This document shows, one piece after another, positions 8,956-17,918 of a stretch of DNA of 32,775 bases. Position 1 is the stretch's first letter. Each line of letters begins with the position of its first letter. The position numbers were made by a program, and so were the translations under genes. The notes beneath the pieces were generated by a model, which worked only from the letters and a program-made list of their open reading frames with translations, did not search any database and was not told the origin of the DNA. The DNA comes from a virus (Duplodnaviria; Heunggongvirae; Uroviricota; Caudoviricetes), in IMG/VR virus record IMGVR_UViG_2913152634_000001; one strand, given 5' to 3'.

Positions 8956-9327
8956 TTAATTTTTTTGATAATTTGTTTTTGTTGCCTCTAGTTTTATTTT
9001 TAATGTTTTAACTATTTCTCTTTTCTTACTTATCTCTTTTTCGATCTCGGTATTTTCTTTGCTTAATGTAAAAATCCCTTTTTGAACATCTTTATCAAAG
9101 AAGTTGTCTTCAATGAACTTTGTATTATAAACCAATGGACGATAGTTATTAATGTTTGTGCAGCGGCAGTCCCTATAGTCATCGTCTGCTGGATTATAGA
9201 AAAAATTTGATATGGTAGATTTCCCAGCTCCGTTTTGCCCGTAAAGGATATTTATTCTTTTTTCGAGGGATATTTTCGTATATTTATTTTTGTCGTAGCT
9301 TGTTACATTTTTTAGACTAAGTTCCAT
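8956..9327 (-). CDS. N-terminal fragment (Walker A P-loop) of the same split ABC ATPase gene
   Basis: 123-aa ORF with Walker A YGQNGAGKST at residues 29-38; it ends in a homopolymer tract (7 T on the plus strand, 8960-8966) where the downstream 582-aa frame is already open. The two ORFs are in different frames, consistent with one gene split by a 1-nt indel. Confidence 0.7.
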   Translation of the reverse strand: MELSLKNVTSYDKNKYTKISLEKRINILYGQNGAGKSTISNFFYNPADDDYRDCRCTNINNYRPLVYNTKFIEDNFFDKDVQKGIFTLSKENTEIEKEISKKREIVKTLKIKLEATKTNYQKN

Positions 9328-9569
9328 TTTTATTTTTCTCTATTGTTTGTGTGTGTATATATGAAAACTGGTCAAAAATTGCTCTGGAAAAGACATGGCA
9401 ATTACAAAAGATCTACCTTAGATGAGTAACATTTTCAAGCCACAGCTAAGCTTTCAGTTGCATGATTTTGCATTTGATTTTGTGGTCTAAAACCTAAGAT
9501 GAACACTTTGTTGGGTAAGGTGTGTGTATACGAATGCAACTGCATTAAAACCGCCCCGTGAAGCGGGCG

Positions 9570-9588
9570 GGCGAGGCGGGGAAAGCAC
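9570..9588. other. P2-type cos site (19-nt cohesive-end sequence)
   Basis: GGCGAGGCGGGGAAAGCAC at 9570-9588 matches the P2 cohesive-end sequence as I remember it, and lies at the expected map position between the old/tin locus and Q. Confidence 0.7.
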
Positions 9589-9730
9589 TGCGCGCTGGCG
9601 GTGGTGCTGATTTTATTTTTTCAGCGCCTGAGCGCGTCGTGATGGCGTTTAGATTGTTCGCCGGGGCGTTGGTGTGTCTGTGGGATGTTTTGTGCGGTGG
9701 TGAGCGTGTGAGGGCGTGATGGCGGGTTGT

Positions 9731-9752
9731 AAAAAAGCCGCCCGCAGGCGGC
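9731..9752 (-). terminator. rho-independent terminator downstream of Q (end of the P-Q operon)
   Basis: GC hairpin GCCGCC-CGCA-GGCGGC (9737-9752) followed on the minus strand by a run of 6 T (plus-strand AAAAAA at 9731-9736), directly after the Q stop at 9758. Confidence 0.6.
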
Positions 9753-9757
9753 GATGT

Positions 9758-10792
9758 TCAGCCGTTGTCAGTGTCCAGTGAGTAGTTTTTAAAGCGGATG
9801 ACCTCCTGACCGAGCCAGCCGTTTATCTCGCGGATCCTGTCCTGTAGCGGGATAAGCTCATTGCGGACAAAGACCTTTGCCACTTTCTCAATATCACCCA
9901 GCGACCCGACGTTCTCCGGCTTGCCGCCCATCAACTGAAAGGGGATGCGGTGCGCGTCCAGCAGGTCAGCGGCGCTGGCTTTTTTGATATTAAAAAAATC
10001 GTCCTTCGTCGCCACTTCACTGAGCGGGATAATTTTAATGCCGTCGGCTTTCCCCTGCGGGGCATAGAGAAACAGGTTTTTAAAGTTGTTGCGGCCTTTC
10101 GACTTCACCATGTTTTCGCGAAGCATTTCGATATCGTTGCGGTCCTGCACGGCATCGGTGACGTACATGATGTATCCGGCATGTGCGCCGTTTTCGTAAT
10201 ACTTGCGGCGGAACAGCGTGGCTGACTCATTCAGCCAGGCAGAGTTAAGGGCGCTGAGATATTCCGGCAGGCCGTACAGCTCCTGATTAATATCGGGCTC
10301 CAGCAGGTGAAACACGGAACCGGGCGCGAAGGCTGTCGGCTCGTTGAAGGACGGCACCCACCAGTAAACATCCTCCTCCACGCCACGGCGGGTATATTTT
10401 GCCGGTGAGGTTTCCAGTCTGATGACCTTACCGGTGGTGCTGTAACGCTTTTCCAGAAACGCATTACCGAAAACCAGAAAATCCAGCACAAAGCGGCTGA
10501 AATCCTGCTGGGAAAGCCACGGGTGCGGGATAAACGTTGAAGCCAGAATATTACGTTTGACGTAAATCGGTGAGCTGTGATGCACGGCAGCACGCAGACT
10601 TTTTGCCAGACCGGTAAAGCTGACCGGTGGCTCATACCATCTGCCGTTACTGATGCATTCGACGTAATCCAGAATGTCACGGCGGTCGAGTACCGGCACC
10701 GGTTCGCCAAAGGTGAATGCCTCCATTTTCGGGGCGCTGGCGGTCATTTTTTTTGCCGCAGGTTGCAGTGTTTTCCCTTTTTTCTTGCTCAT
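9758..10792 (-). CDS. Q: portal protein
   Basis: 344-aa minus-strand ORF; size and position match P2 gpQ; the ATG at 10790-10792 overlaps the stop of P. Confidence 0.9.
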   Translation of the reverse strand: MSKKKGKTLQPAAKKMTASAPKMEAFTFGEPVPVLDRRDILDYVECISNGRWYEPPVSFTGLAKSLRAAVHHSSPIYVKRNILASTFIPHPWLSQQDFSRFVLDFLVFGNAFLEKRYSTTGKVIRLETSPAKYTRRGVEEDVYWWVPSFNEPTAFAPGSVFHLLEPDINQELYGLPEYLSALNSAWLNESATLFRRKYYENGAHAGYIMYVTDAVQDRNDIEMLRENMVKSKGRNNFKNLFLYAPQGKADGIKIIPLSEVATKDDFFNIKKASAADLLDAHRIPFQLMGGKPENVGSLGDIEKVAKVFVRNELIPLQDRIREINGWLGQEVIRFKNYSLDTDNG

Positions 10793-12564
10793 CAGTAAAA
10801 CTCCAGAATGGTGGATGTCAGCGGGGTGCTGATACCGGCGGTGAGTGGCTCATTTAACAGGGCGTGCATGGTCGCCCAGGCGAGGTCGGCGTGGCTGGCT
10901 TCCTCGCTGCGGCTGGCCTCATAAGTGGCGCTGCGTCCGCTGCTGGTCATGGTCTTGCGGATAGCCATGAACGAGCTGGTGATGTCGGTGGCGCTGACGT
11001 CATATTCCAGACAGCCACGGCGGATAACGTCTTTTGCCTTGAGCACCATTGCGGTTTTCATTTCCGGCGTGTAGCGGATATCGCGCGCGGCGGGATAGAA
11101 CGAGCGCACGAGCTGGAACACGCCGACACCGAGGCCGGTGGCATCAATCCCGATGTATTCAACGTTATATTTTTCGGTGAGTTTGCGGATGGATTCCGCC
11201 TGAGTGGCAAAGTCCATGCCTTTCCACTGGTGACGCTCAAGTATTCTGAATTTGCCACCGGCCACCACCGGCGGTGCCAGCACCACGCATCCGGCACTGT
11301 CGCCACGGTGTGACGGGTCGTAACCAATCCATACCGGGCGGGAGCCGAACGGATTGGCGGCAAAGGGTGCATAGTCTTCCCATTCTTCCAGCGTGTCGAC
11401 CATGCAGCGTTGCAGCTCCTCGAACGGGAACACCGACGCCTTGTCGTCAACAAATTCACACATGAACAGGTTTTTAAAATCGTCGGCGCTGTTTTCGCGT
11501 TTGAGCTGCTCAATGTCGAACAGCGTGCAGCCACCTTTCAGGGCGTCCTCAATGGTGACAATCTGTCGCCACTGGCCGTCCGCACAGAGAAGCCCACCGG
11601 CAAGGGCGTTATGACTGACGTCGATTTCCACGCGTTCGGCGGCGCTGGCGCGTCCCCGGTTATACAGTTCACCCGACCAGAACGGGTAGGCGTCGTGCGC
11701 CAGCGTGGACGGGGTGGAGAAATAGGTCGAACGCAGGTGACTCTGTGAGGCCATACCTGATGCCACCTTACGCAGTACCTGAAAATTCGGGATCCAGAAA
11801 ATCTCGTCGACGTACAGGTCGCCGTTATGGCTCTGCGCGGTGTTGGAGTTGGTGCCGAGAAAAATCAGTTTTGCGCCGTTATTGCCCAGGACAATCGGGT
11901 CACCGGTCAGGTCAACGTCAACCAGACGGGCAAAGGCGATGATGTATTCGCGGAACACATACGCCTGCGTTTTACTGGCCGACAGAAAAATCTGGTTATG
12001 ACCGGTTTTCAGGGCGCGCAGCAGCGCCTCGCGGGAAAAATAAAATGTCGCGCCAATCTGGCGGGATTTCAGGATATCGCGGATGCGGTGCTCAAGCCCG
12101 GCGCGATACCAGTGCAACTGATAGTCGAAAGACTGCTCAAAGAAAATCTGCTCCAGCTTTTCGATGGCTTCGTCACTGAAAAAATTCTTTTTCGGTTTGC
12201 GCCGCCCGCCTTTGTTGCGGTTAGCGACGTTCGGATTAAGGTCTGCCTCGTTGCCGGTCTGGCTGTAGCGATTTACCCGTGCCAGTCGTTCAATCTGGCG
12301 TCCCAGCAGGTCAATTTCCTTGAAGTCACCGCCGGTTTTCTGCGGTTTGATGATGAGCTGGGTCAGCCGCGCTTCCAGGCTCATTTCGACACGGCTGATG
12401 GGGGCAACGCTGTCCCAGCCGTCGCGCTGTTTCCAGCTCTGCACCGTCGGGCGTTTCATCTGCAACATGGCGGCAATCTGCGGCACGGAAAACCCCTGCC
12501 AGTACAGCAGCGCCGCCTGACGACGCGGGTCGTGTAAAAGAGTGGTGTCTGTGGTGATGGTCAT
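10792..12564 (-). CDS. P: terminase large (ATPase) subunit
   Basis: Start taken as the ATG at 12562-12564 (MTITTDTTLL), with GAGGT about 6 nt upstream, giving 590 aa as I recall for P2 gpP. The track start at 12594 is a TTG. Confidence 0.9.
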   Translation of the reverse strand: MTITTDTTLLHDPRRQAALLYWQGFSVPQIAAMLQMKRPTVQSWKQRDGWDSVAPISRVEMSLEARLTQLIIKPQKTGGDFKEIDLLGRQIERLARVNRYSQTGNEADLNPNVANRNKGGRRKPKKNFFSDEAIEKLEQIFFEQSFDYQLHWYRAGLEHRIRDILKSRQIGATFYFSREALLRALKTGHNQIFLSASKTQAYVFREYIIAFARLVDVDLTGDPIVLGNNGAKLIFLGTNSNTAQSHNGDLYVDEIFWIPNFQVLRKVASGMASQSHLRSTYFSTPSTLAHDAYPFWSGELYNRGRASAAERVEIDVSHNALAGGLLCADGQWRQIVTIEDALKGGCTLFDIEQLKRENSADDFKNLFMCEFVDDKASVFPFEELQRCMVDTLEEWEDYAPFAANPFGSRPVWIGYDPSHRGDSAGCVVLAPPVVAGGKFRILERHQWKGMDFATQAESIRKLTEKYNVEYIGIDATGLGVGVFQLVRSFYPAARDIRYTPEMKTAMVLKAKDVIRRGCLEYDVSATDITSSFMAIRKTMTSSGRSATYEASRSEEASHADLAWATMHALLNEPLTAGISTPLTSTILEFY

Positions 12565-12737
12565 GAATACCTCGCCGTGATGAATACACGGCAAGGCTAC
12601 TGAGTCGCGCCCCGCGATTCGCTAAGGTGCTGTTGTGTCAGTGATAAGCCATCCGGGACTGATGGCGGAGGATGCGCATCGTCGGGAAACTGATGCCGAC
12701 ATGTGACTCCTCTAATCACTATTCAGGACTCCTGACA

Positions 12738-13592
12738 ATGGCAAAAAAAGTCTCAAAATTCTTTCGTATCGGCGTTGAGGGTGACACCTGTGACGGGCGT
12801 GTCATCAGTGCGCAGGATATTCAGGAAATGGCCGAAACCTTTGACCCGCGAGTCTATGGTTGCCGCATTAACCTGGAACATCTGCGCGGCATCCTGCCTG
12901 ACGGTATTTTTAAGCGTTATGGCGATGTGGTCGAACTGAAGGCCGAAAAGATTGACGATGATTCGGCGCTGAAAGGCAAATGGGCGCTGTTTGCGAAAAT
13001 CACCCCGACCGATGACCTTATCGCGATGAACAAGGCCGCGCAGAAGGTCTATACCTCAATGGAAATTCAGCCGAACTTTGCCAATACAGGCAAATGTTAT
13101 CTGGTGGGTCTGGCCGTCACCGATGACCCGGCAAGCCTCGGCACGGAATACCTGGAATTCTGCCGCACGGCAAAACACAACCCCCTGAACCGCTTCAAAT
13201 TAAGCCCTGAAAACCTGATTTCAGTGGCAACGCCTGTTGAGCTGGAATTTGAAGACCTGCCTGAAACCGTGTTCACCGCCCTGACCGAAAAGGTGAAATC
13301 CATTTTTGGCCGCAAACAGGCCAGCGATGACGCCCGTCTGAATGACGTGCATGAAGCGGTGACCGCTGTTGCTGAACATGTGCAGGAAAAACTGAGCGCC
13401 ACTGAGCAGCGCCTCGCTGAGGTGGAAACCGCCTTTTCCGCACTTAAGCAGGAGGTGACTGACAGGGCGGATGAAACCAGTCAGGCATTCAGCCGCCTGA
13501 AAAACAGTCTCGACAACACCGAAAGTCTGACCCAGCAGCGCCGCAGCAAGGCCACCGGTGGTGGCGGTGACGCCCTGATGACGAACTGCTGA
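12738..13592 (+). CDS. O: capsid scaffolding protein
   Basis: Divergent from P; start placed at the ATG at 12738 (MAKKVSKFFRIGVEGDTCDGR), giving 284 aa, the size I recall for P2 gpO. The track ORF begins upstream at 12672. Confidence 0.85.
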   Translation: MAKKVSKFFRIGVEGDTCDGRVISAQDIQEMAETFDPRVYGCRINLEHLRGILPDGIFKRYGDVVELKAEKIDDDSALKGKWALFAKITPTDDLIAMNKAAQKVYTSMEIQPNFANTGKCYLVGLAVTDDPASLGTEYLEFCRTAKHNPLNRFKLSPENLISVATPVELEFEDLPETVFTALTEKVKSIFGRKQASDDARLNDVHEAVTAVAEHVQEKLSATEQRLAEVETAFSALKQEVTDRADETSQAFSRLKNSLDNTESLTQQRRSKATGGGGDALMTNC

Positions 13593-13650
13593 CCGGCGTC
13601 AGTCAGTCCGGGAAAACCTTCACGATTAACCCTTAATTTCAGGAAAAACT

Positions 13651-14724
13651 ATGCGCCAGGAAACCCGCTTTAAATTTAATGCCTACCTGTCCCGTGTTGC
13701 CGAACTGAACGGCATTGACGCCGGTGATGTGTCGAAAAAATTCACCGTTGAACCGTCGGTCACCCAGACCCTGATGAACACCATGCAGGAGTCCTCTGAC
13801 TTTCTGACCCGCATCAACATTGTGCCGGTCAGCGAAATGAAAGGGGAAAAAATTGGTATCGGTGTCACCGGCTCCATCGCCAGCACCACCGACACTGCCG
13901 GTGGCACCGAGCGTCAGCCGAAGGACTTCTCGAAGCTGGCGTCAAACAAGTACGAATGCGACCAGATTAACTTCGATTTTTATATCCGCTACAAAACGCT
14001 TGACCTGTGGGCGCGTTATCAGGATTTCCAGCTCCGTGTCCGTAACGCCATTATCAAACGCCAGTCCCTTGATTTAATCATGGCCGGTTTTAACGGCGTG
14101 AAGCGTGCCGAAACCTCTGACCACAGCAGTAACCCGATGCTGCAGGATGTGGCGGTCGGCTGGCTGCAGAAATACCGCAATGAAGCCCCGGCGCGCGTGA
14201 TGAGCAAGGTTACTGACGAGGAAGGTCACACGACCTCTGAGGTCATCCGCGTGGGTAAGGGCGGTGATTATGCCAGCCTCGATGCACTGGTGATGGATGC
14301 GACCAACAACCTGATTGAGCCGTGGTATCAGGAAGACCCTGACCTTGTGGTGATTGTGGGGCGTCAGCTACTGGCGGACAAGTATTTCCCCATCGTCAAC
14401 AAGGAGCAGGACAACAGCGAAATGCTGGCCGCTGACGTCATCATCAGCCAGAAACGCATCGGTAACCTGCCGGCGGTACGTGTCCCGTACTTCCCGGCGG
14501 ATGCGATGCTCATCACGAAGCTGGAAAACCTGTCCATCTACTACATGGATGACAGCCATCGCCGCGTGATTGAGGAAAACCCAAAACTCGACCGCGTGGA
14601 GAACTACGAGTCAATGAACATTGATTACGTGGTGGAGGACTACGCCGCCGGTTGTCTGGTGGAAAAAATTAAGGTCGGTGATTTCTCCACACCGGCTAAG
14701 GCGACCGCAGAGCCGGGAGCGTAA
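13651..14724 (+). CDS. N: major capsid protein
   Basis: 357-aa ORF following O; P2 gpN size and position. Confidence 0.9.
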   Translation: MRQETRFKFNAYLSRVAELNGIDAGDVSKKFTVEPSVTQTLMNTMQESSDFLTRINIVPVSEMKGEKIGIGVTGSIASTTDTAGGTERQPKDFSKLASNKYECDQINFDFYIRYKTLDLWARYQDFQLRVRNAIIKRQSLDLIMAGFNGVKRAETSDHSSNPMLQDVAVGWLQKYRNEAPARVMSKVTDEEGHTTSEVIRVGKGGDYASLDALVMDATNNLIEPWYQEDPDLVVIVGRQLLADKYFPIVNKEQDNSEMLAADVIISQKRIGNLPAVRVPYFPADAMLITKLENLSIYYMDDSHRRVIEENPKLDRVENYESMNIDYVVEDYAAGCLVEKIKVGDFSTPAKATAEPGA

Positions 14725-14727
14725 CCG

Positions 14728-15471
14728 ATGACGAGTCCCGCACAGCGCCACATGATGCGGGTCTCGGCAGCGATGACCGCGCAGCGGGAAGCCGCCCCGC
14801 TGCGACATGCAACTGTCTATGAGCAGATGCTGGTCAAGCTGGCCGCAGACCAGCGCACACTGAAAGCGATTTATTCAAAAGAGCTGAAGGCCGCGAAAAA
14901 ACGCGAACTGCTGCCGTTCTGGTTGCCGTGGGTGAACGGCGTGCTGGAGCAGGGCAAAGGCGCACAGGATGACATTCTGATGACGGTCATGCTGTGGCGT
15001 CTGGATACCGGCGATATTGCCGGTGCGCTGGAGATTGCCCGTTATGCCCTGAAGTACGGTCTGACCATGCCGGGTAAACACCGCCGCACCCCGCCGTACA
15101 TGTTCACCGAGGAGGTAGCGCTTGCGGCCATGCGCGCCCACGCGGCCGGTGAGTCTGTGGATACCCGCCTGCTGACGGAGACCCTTGAACTGACTGCCGC
15201 TGCTGACATGCCTGATGAAGTGCGCGCAAAGCTGCACAAAATCACCGGTCTGTTTCTGCGTGACGGTGGTGATGCCGCCGGTGCGCTGGCTCACCTGCAA
15301 CGTGCGACACAGCTCGACTGTCAGGCAGGCGTCAAAAAAGAGATTGAACGACTGGAGCGGGAGCTGAAACCGAAGCCGGAGCCGCAGCCCAAAGCGGCCC
15401 CCCGCACTCCGCGTAAGACCCGGAGCGTGACACCGGCAAAACGTGGACGCCCGAAAAAGAAAGCCAGTTAA
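14728..15471 (+). CDS. M: terminase small (endonuclease) subunit
   Basis: 247-aa ORF following N; P2 gpM size and position; Lys/Arg-rich C-terminal tail. Confidence 0.85.
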   Translation: MTSPAQRHMMRVSAAMTAQREAAPLRHATVYEQMLVKLAADQRTLKAIYSKELKAAKKRELLPFWLPWVNGVLEQGKGAQDDILMTVMLWRLDTGDIAGALEIARYALKYGLTMPGKHRRTPPYMFTEEVALAAMRAHAAGESVDTRLLTETLELTAAADMPDEVRAKLHKITGLFLRDGGDAAGALAHLQRATQLDCQAGVKKEIERLERELKPKPEPQPKAAPRTPRKTRSVTPAKRGRPKKKAS

Positions 15472-15570
15472 CAACCGAATGCGCCCCGCGCCAGGGCGGC
15501 ACGCCGGTCAGTGAGGGTGAATCACCTGACACTGCACCGGCGTCCACCGCCCGACTTTTCAGAGGTAGTC

Positions 15571-16080
15571 ATGATGACGCTGATTATTCCGCGAAAGGAG
15601 GCTCCCGTGTCCGGTGAGGGTACGGTGGTCATCCCGCAACCGGCAGGCGACGAGCCGGTGATTAAAAACACGTTCTTTTTTCCCGATATCGACCCGAAGC
15701 GCGTCCGGGAACGTATGCGCCTTGAGCAGACCGTCGCCCCCGCCCGTCTGCGTGAGGCTATCAAGTCAGGCATGGCGGAGACAAATGCGGAGCTGTACGA
15801 GTATCGCGAACAGAAAATTGCCGCCGGTTTTACGCGTCTGGCGGACGTCCCGGCGGACGACATCGACGGTGAAAGCATCAAAGTTTTTTACTACGAGCGC
15901 GCCGTGTGTGCGATGGCGACCGCGTCGCTTTATGAGCGTTATCGCGGCGTGGATGCCAGTGCGAAAGGCGACAAGAAGGCTGACAGCATTGACAGCACCA
16001 TTGATGAGCTGTGGCGGGATATGCGCTGGGCGGTGGCGCGCATCCAGGGCAAGCCGCGCTGCATCGTGAGTCAAATCTGA
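15571..16080 (+). CDS. L: head completion/stabilisation protein
   Basis: Start taken at the ATG at 15571 (MMTLIIP), giving 169 aa, the P2 gpL size as recalled; the track ORF starts upstream. Confidence 0.85.
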   Translation: MMTLIIPRKEAPVSGEGTVVIPQPAGDEPVIKNTFFFPDIDPKRVRERMRLEQTVAPARLREAIKSGMAETNAELYEYREQKIAAGFTRLADVPADDIDGESIKVFYYERAVCAMATASLYERYRGVDASAKGDKKADSIDSTIDELWRDMRWAVARIQGKPRCIVSQI

Positions 16081-16283
16081 TGAAGACCTTTGCGCTACAG
16101 GGCGACACGCTCGACGCCATTTGTGTCCGGTATTACGGGCGCACTGAGGGCGTGGTCGAAGCCGTGCTCGCCGCAAATCCGGGACTGGCTGAACTGGGCG
16201 CGGTGCTGCCGCACGGCACCGCCGTCGAGCTGCCCGACGTTCAGACCGCGCCCGTGGCTGAAACTGTCAATCTGTGGGAGTAA
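16080..16283 (+). CDS. X: tail protein X
   Basis: 67 aa from the ATG at 16080 (MKTFALQGDTLDAICVRYYGR), overlapping the L stop; P2 gpX size and position. Confidence 0.85.
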   Translation: MKTFALQGDTLDAICVRYYGRTEGVVEAVLAANPGLAELGAVLPHGTAVELPDVQTAPVAETVNLWE

Positions 16284-16286
16284 CGC

Positions 16287-16568
16287 ATGACAGCAGAAGA
16301 AAAAAGCGTCCTGTCGCTTTTCATGATTGGGGTGCTGATTGTTGTCGGCAAGGTGCTTGCCGGTGGTGAACCCATCACCCCGCGTCTGTTTATCGGGCGC
16401 ATGTTGCTCGGTGGCTTTGTCTCGATGGTTGCCGGTGTTGTTCTGGTGCAGTTTCCTGACCTGTCACTGCCTGCGGTGTGCGGCATTGGCTCCATGCTGG
16501 GTATCGCCGGTTATCAGGTGATTGAGATTGCCATTCAGCGCCGCTTTAAGGGCAGGGGGAAACAGTAA
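16287..16568 (+). CDS. Y: holin
   Basis: 93-aa protein with hydrophobic transmembrane segments and a charged C-terminus, directly upstream of the endolysin; P2 gpY position. Confidence 0.85.
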   Translation: MTAEEKSVLSLFMIGVLIVVGKVLAGGEPITPRLFIGRMLLGGFVSMVAGVVLVQFPDLSLPAVCGIGSMLGIAGYQVIEIAIQRRFKGRGKQ

Positions 16569-17065
16569 TGCCGGTAATGAACACGCATCAGAATATCGCC
16601 GCCTTTCTCGACATGCTGGCCGTGTCCGAAGGGACGGCGAACCATCCGCTGACGAAAAACCGGGGCTATGACGTGATAGTCACCGGACTGGACGGGAAGC
16701 CGGAAATTTTCACCGACTACAGTGACCACCCGTTCGCGCATGGCCGACCGGCGAAGGTGTTTAACCGTCGCGGTGAAAAATCCACGGCCTCCGGTCGCTA
16801 TCAGCAGCTTTACCTGTTCTGGCCGCATTACCGCAAACAGCTTGCCCTGCCGGATTTCAGTCCGTTGTCACAGGACAGACTCGCCATTCAGTTGATCCGC
16901 GAACGCGGTGCGCTGGATGACATCCGGGCGGGACGCATTGAGCGCGCCATTTCACGCTGTCGCAATATCTGGGCGTCCCTGCCGGGTGCCGGTTACGGTC
17001 AGCGTGAGCATTCACTGGAAAAACTGGTCACCGTCTGGCGTACCGCCGGCGGCGTACCGGCTTAA
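16568..17065 (+). CDS. K: endolysin
   Basis: 165-aa ORF at the P2 gpK position and of P2 gpK size as recalled. Confidence 0.85.
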   Translation: MPVMNTHQNIAAFLDMLAVSEGTANHPLTKNRGYDVIVTGLDGKPEIFTDYSDHPFAHGRPAKVFNRRGEKSTASGRYQQLYLFWPHYRKQLALPDFSPLSQDRLAIQLIRERGALDDIRAGRIERAISRCRNIWASLPGAGYGQREHSLEKLVTVWRTAGGVPA

Positions 17066-17079
17066 ACGGAGTAAACACC

Positions 17080-17505
17080 ATGAAGAAATTATCCCTTTCA
17101 CTGATGCTGAACGTGTCGCTGGCGCTGATGCTGGCACTGTCCCTGATTTACCCGCAGAGCGTGGCCGTCAATTTTGTTGTTGCCTGGGCGATTCTGGCGA
17201 CGGTTATCTGTGTGGTTGCCGGTGGTGTCGGCGTGTATGCCACTGAGTATGTGCTGGAACGCTACGGGCGGGAGCTGCCGCCGGAATCGCTGGCCGTGAA
17301 GATTGTCACGTCGCTGTTTTTGCAGCCGGTGCCGTGGCGCAGGCGGGCAGCGGCTCTGGTGGTGATGGTGGCGACGTTTATCTCGCTGGTCGCTGCCGGG
17401 TGGATTTTTACCGCGCTGATTTACCTCGTGGCGTCGGTGTTCTTCCGGTTGATACGCACGGCCTGTCGTCAGCGTTTTGAGGGGCGGGAACCATGTCAAA
17501 GCTGA
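17080..17505 (+). CDS. lysA: lysis regulatory membrane protein LysA
   Basis: 141-aa hydrophobic protein following K; P2 lysA position and size. Confidence 0.8.
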   Translation: MKKLSLSLMLNVSLALMLALSLIYPQSVAVNFVVAWAILATVICVVAGGVGVYATEYVLERYGRELPPESLAVKIVTSLFLQPVPWRRRAAALVVMVATFISLVAAGWIFTALIYLVASVFFRLIRTACRQRFEGREPCQS

Positions 17506-17918
17506 TGATTGTGCTGGTTGTGTTGTTATCACTGGCGGTGGCCGGTCTGTTTCTGGCGAAGCATGAAAACGCCAGCCTGCGCACCTCGCTGGACAGGGCG
17601 AACAATGTCGCCAGCGGGCAGCAGACGATCATCACCATGCTGAAAAATCAGCTTCATGTTGCGCTCACCAGGGCAGAAAAAAACGAGCTGGCGCAGGTGG
17701 CACTGCGTCAGGAACTGGAAAACGCCGCGAAGCGTGAAGCACAGCGCGAGAAAACCATCACGAGGTTACTCAATGAAAACGAAGATTTTCGCCGCTGGTA
17801 CGGTGCTGACCTGCCTGATGCTGTGCGCCGGTTGCACCAGCGTCCGGCCTGCACCGACGCCAGTGATTGTCGCCAACGCCTGCCCGAAAGTGAGTCTTTG
17901 CCCGATGCCGGGCAGTGA
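17493..17918 (+). CDS. lysB: Rz-like inner-membrane spanin LysB
   Basis: 141 aa with an N-terminal transmembrane helix and coiled-coil periplasmic region; P2 lysB position. Confidence 0.8.
   Translation: MSKLMIVLVVLLSLAVAGLFLAKHENASLRTSLDRANNVASGQQTIITMLKNQLHVALTRAEKNELAQVALRQELENAAKREAQREKTITRLLNENEDFRRWYGADLPDAVRRLHQRPACTDASDCRQRLPESESLPDAGQ

Noticed and set aside
7119-9327. Possibility that the hotspot ATPase is a P2 Old (OLD-family ATPase plus TOPRIM) homologue
   Set aside because: The combined size is larger than I recall for Old, the coiled-coil insert carries a CxxC, and I could not find a TOPRIM-like E...DxD pattern after the H-loop; RloC/PrrC-like fits better. This is not excluded without a profile search.
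10231-12589. Multiple ORFs of 60-236 aa on both strands within Q and P (for example 10231..10710, 10864..11313, 11058..11534, 11827..12537)
   Set aside because: They lie in alternative frames or antisense to the well-supported portal and terminase genes in GC-rich DNA, where long spurious ORFs are common; they have no independent start or Shine-Dalgarno support.
12595-12737. Search for Ogr-type TGT-N12-ACA late promoter dyads in the divergent P/O intergenic region and upstream of V
   Set aside because: No exact match found by eye (only TGT-N10-ACA at 18939-18954 upstream of V); late promoters are certainly present but I cannot place them confidently.
13097-16828. Antisense or alternative-frame ORFs across O, N, M, L and the lysis genes (for example 14875..15474, 15522..15881, 15766..16176, 16535..16828)
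   Set aside because: They overlap conserved P2 structural genes in Arg/Ala-rich frames typical of GC-rich antisense reading; not supported.
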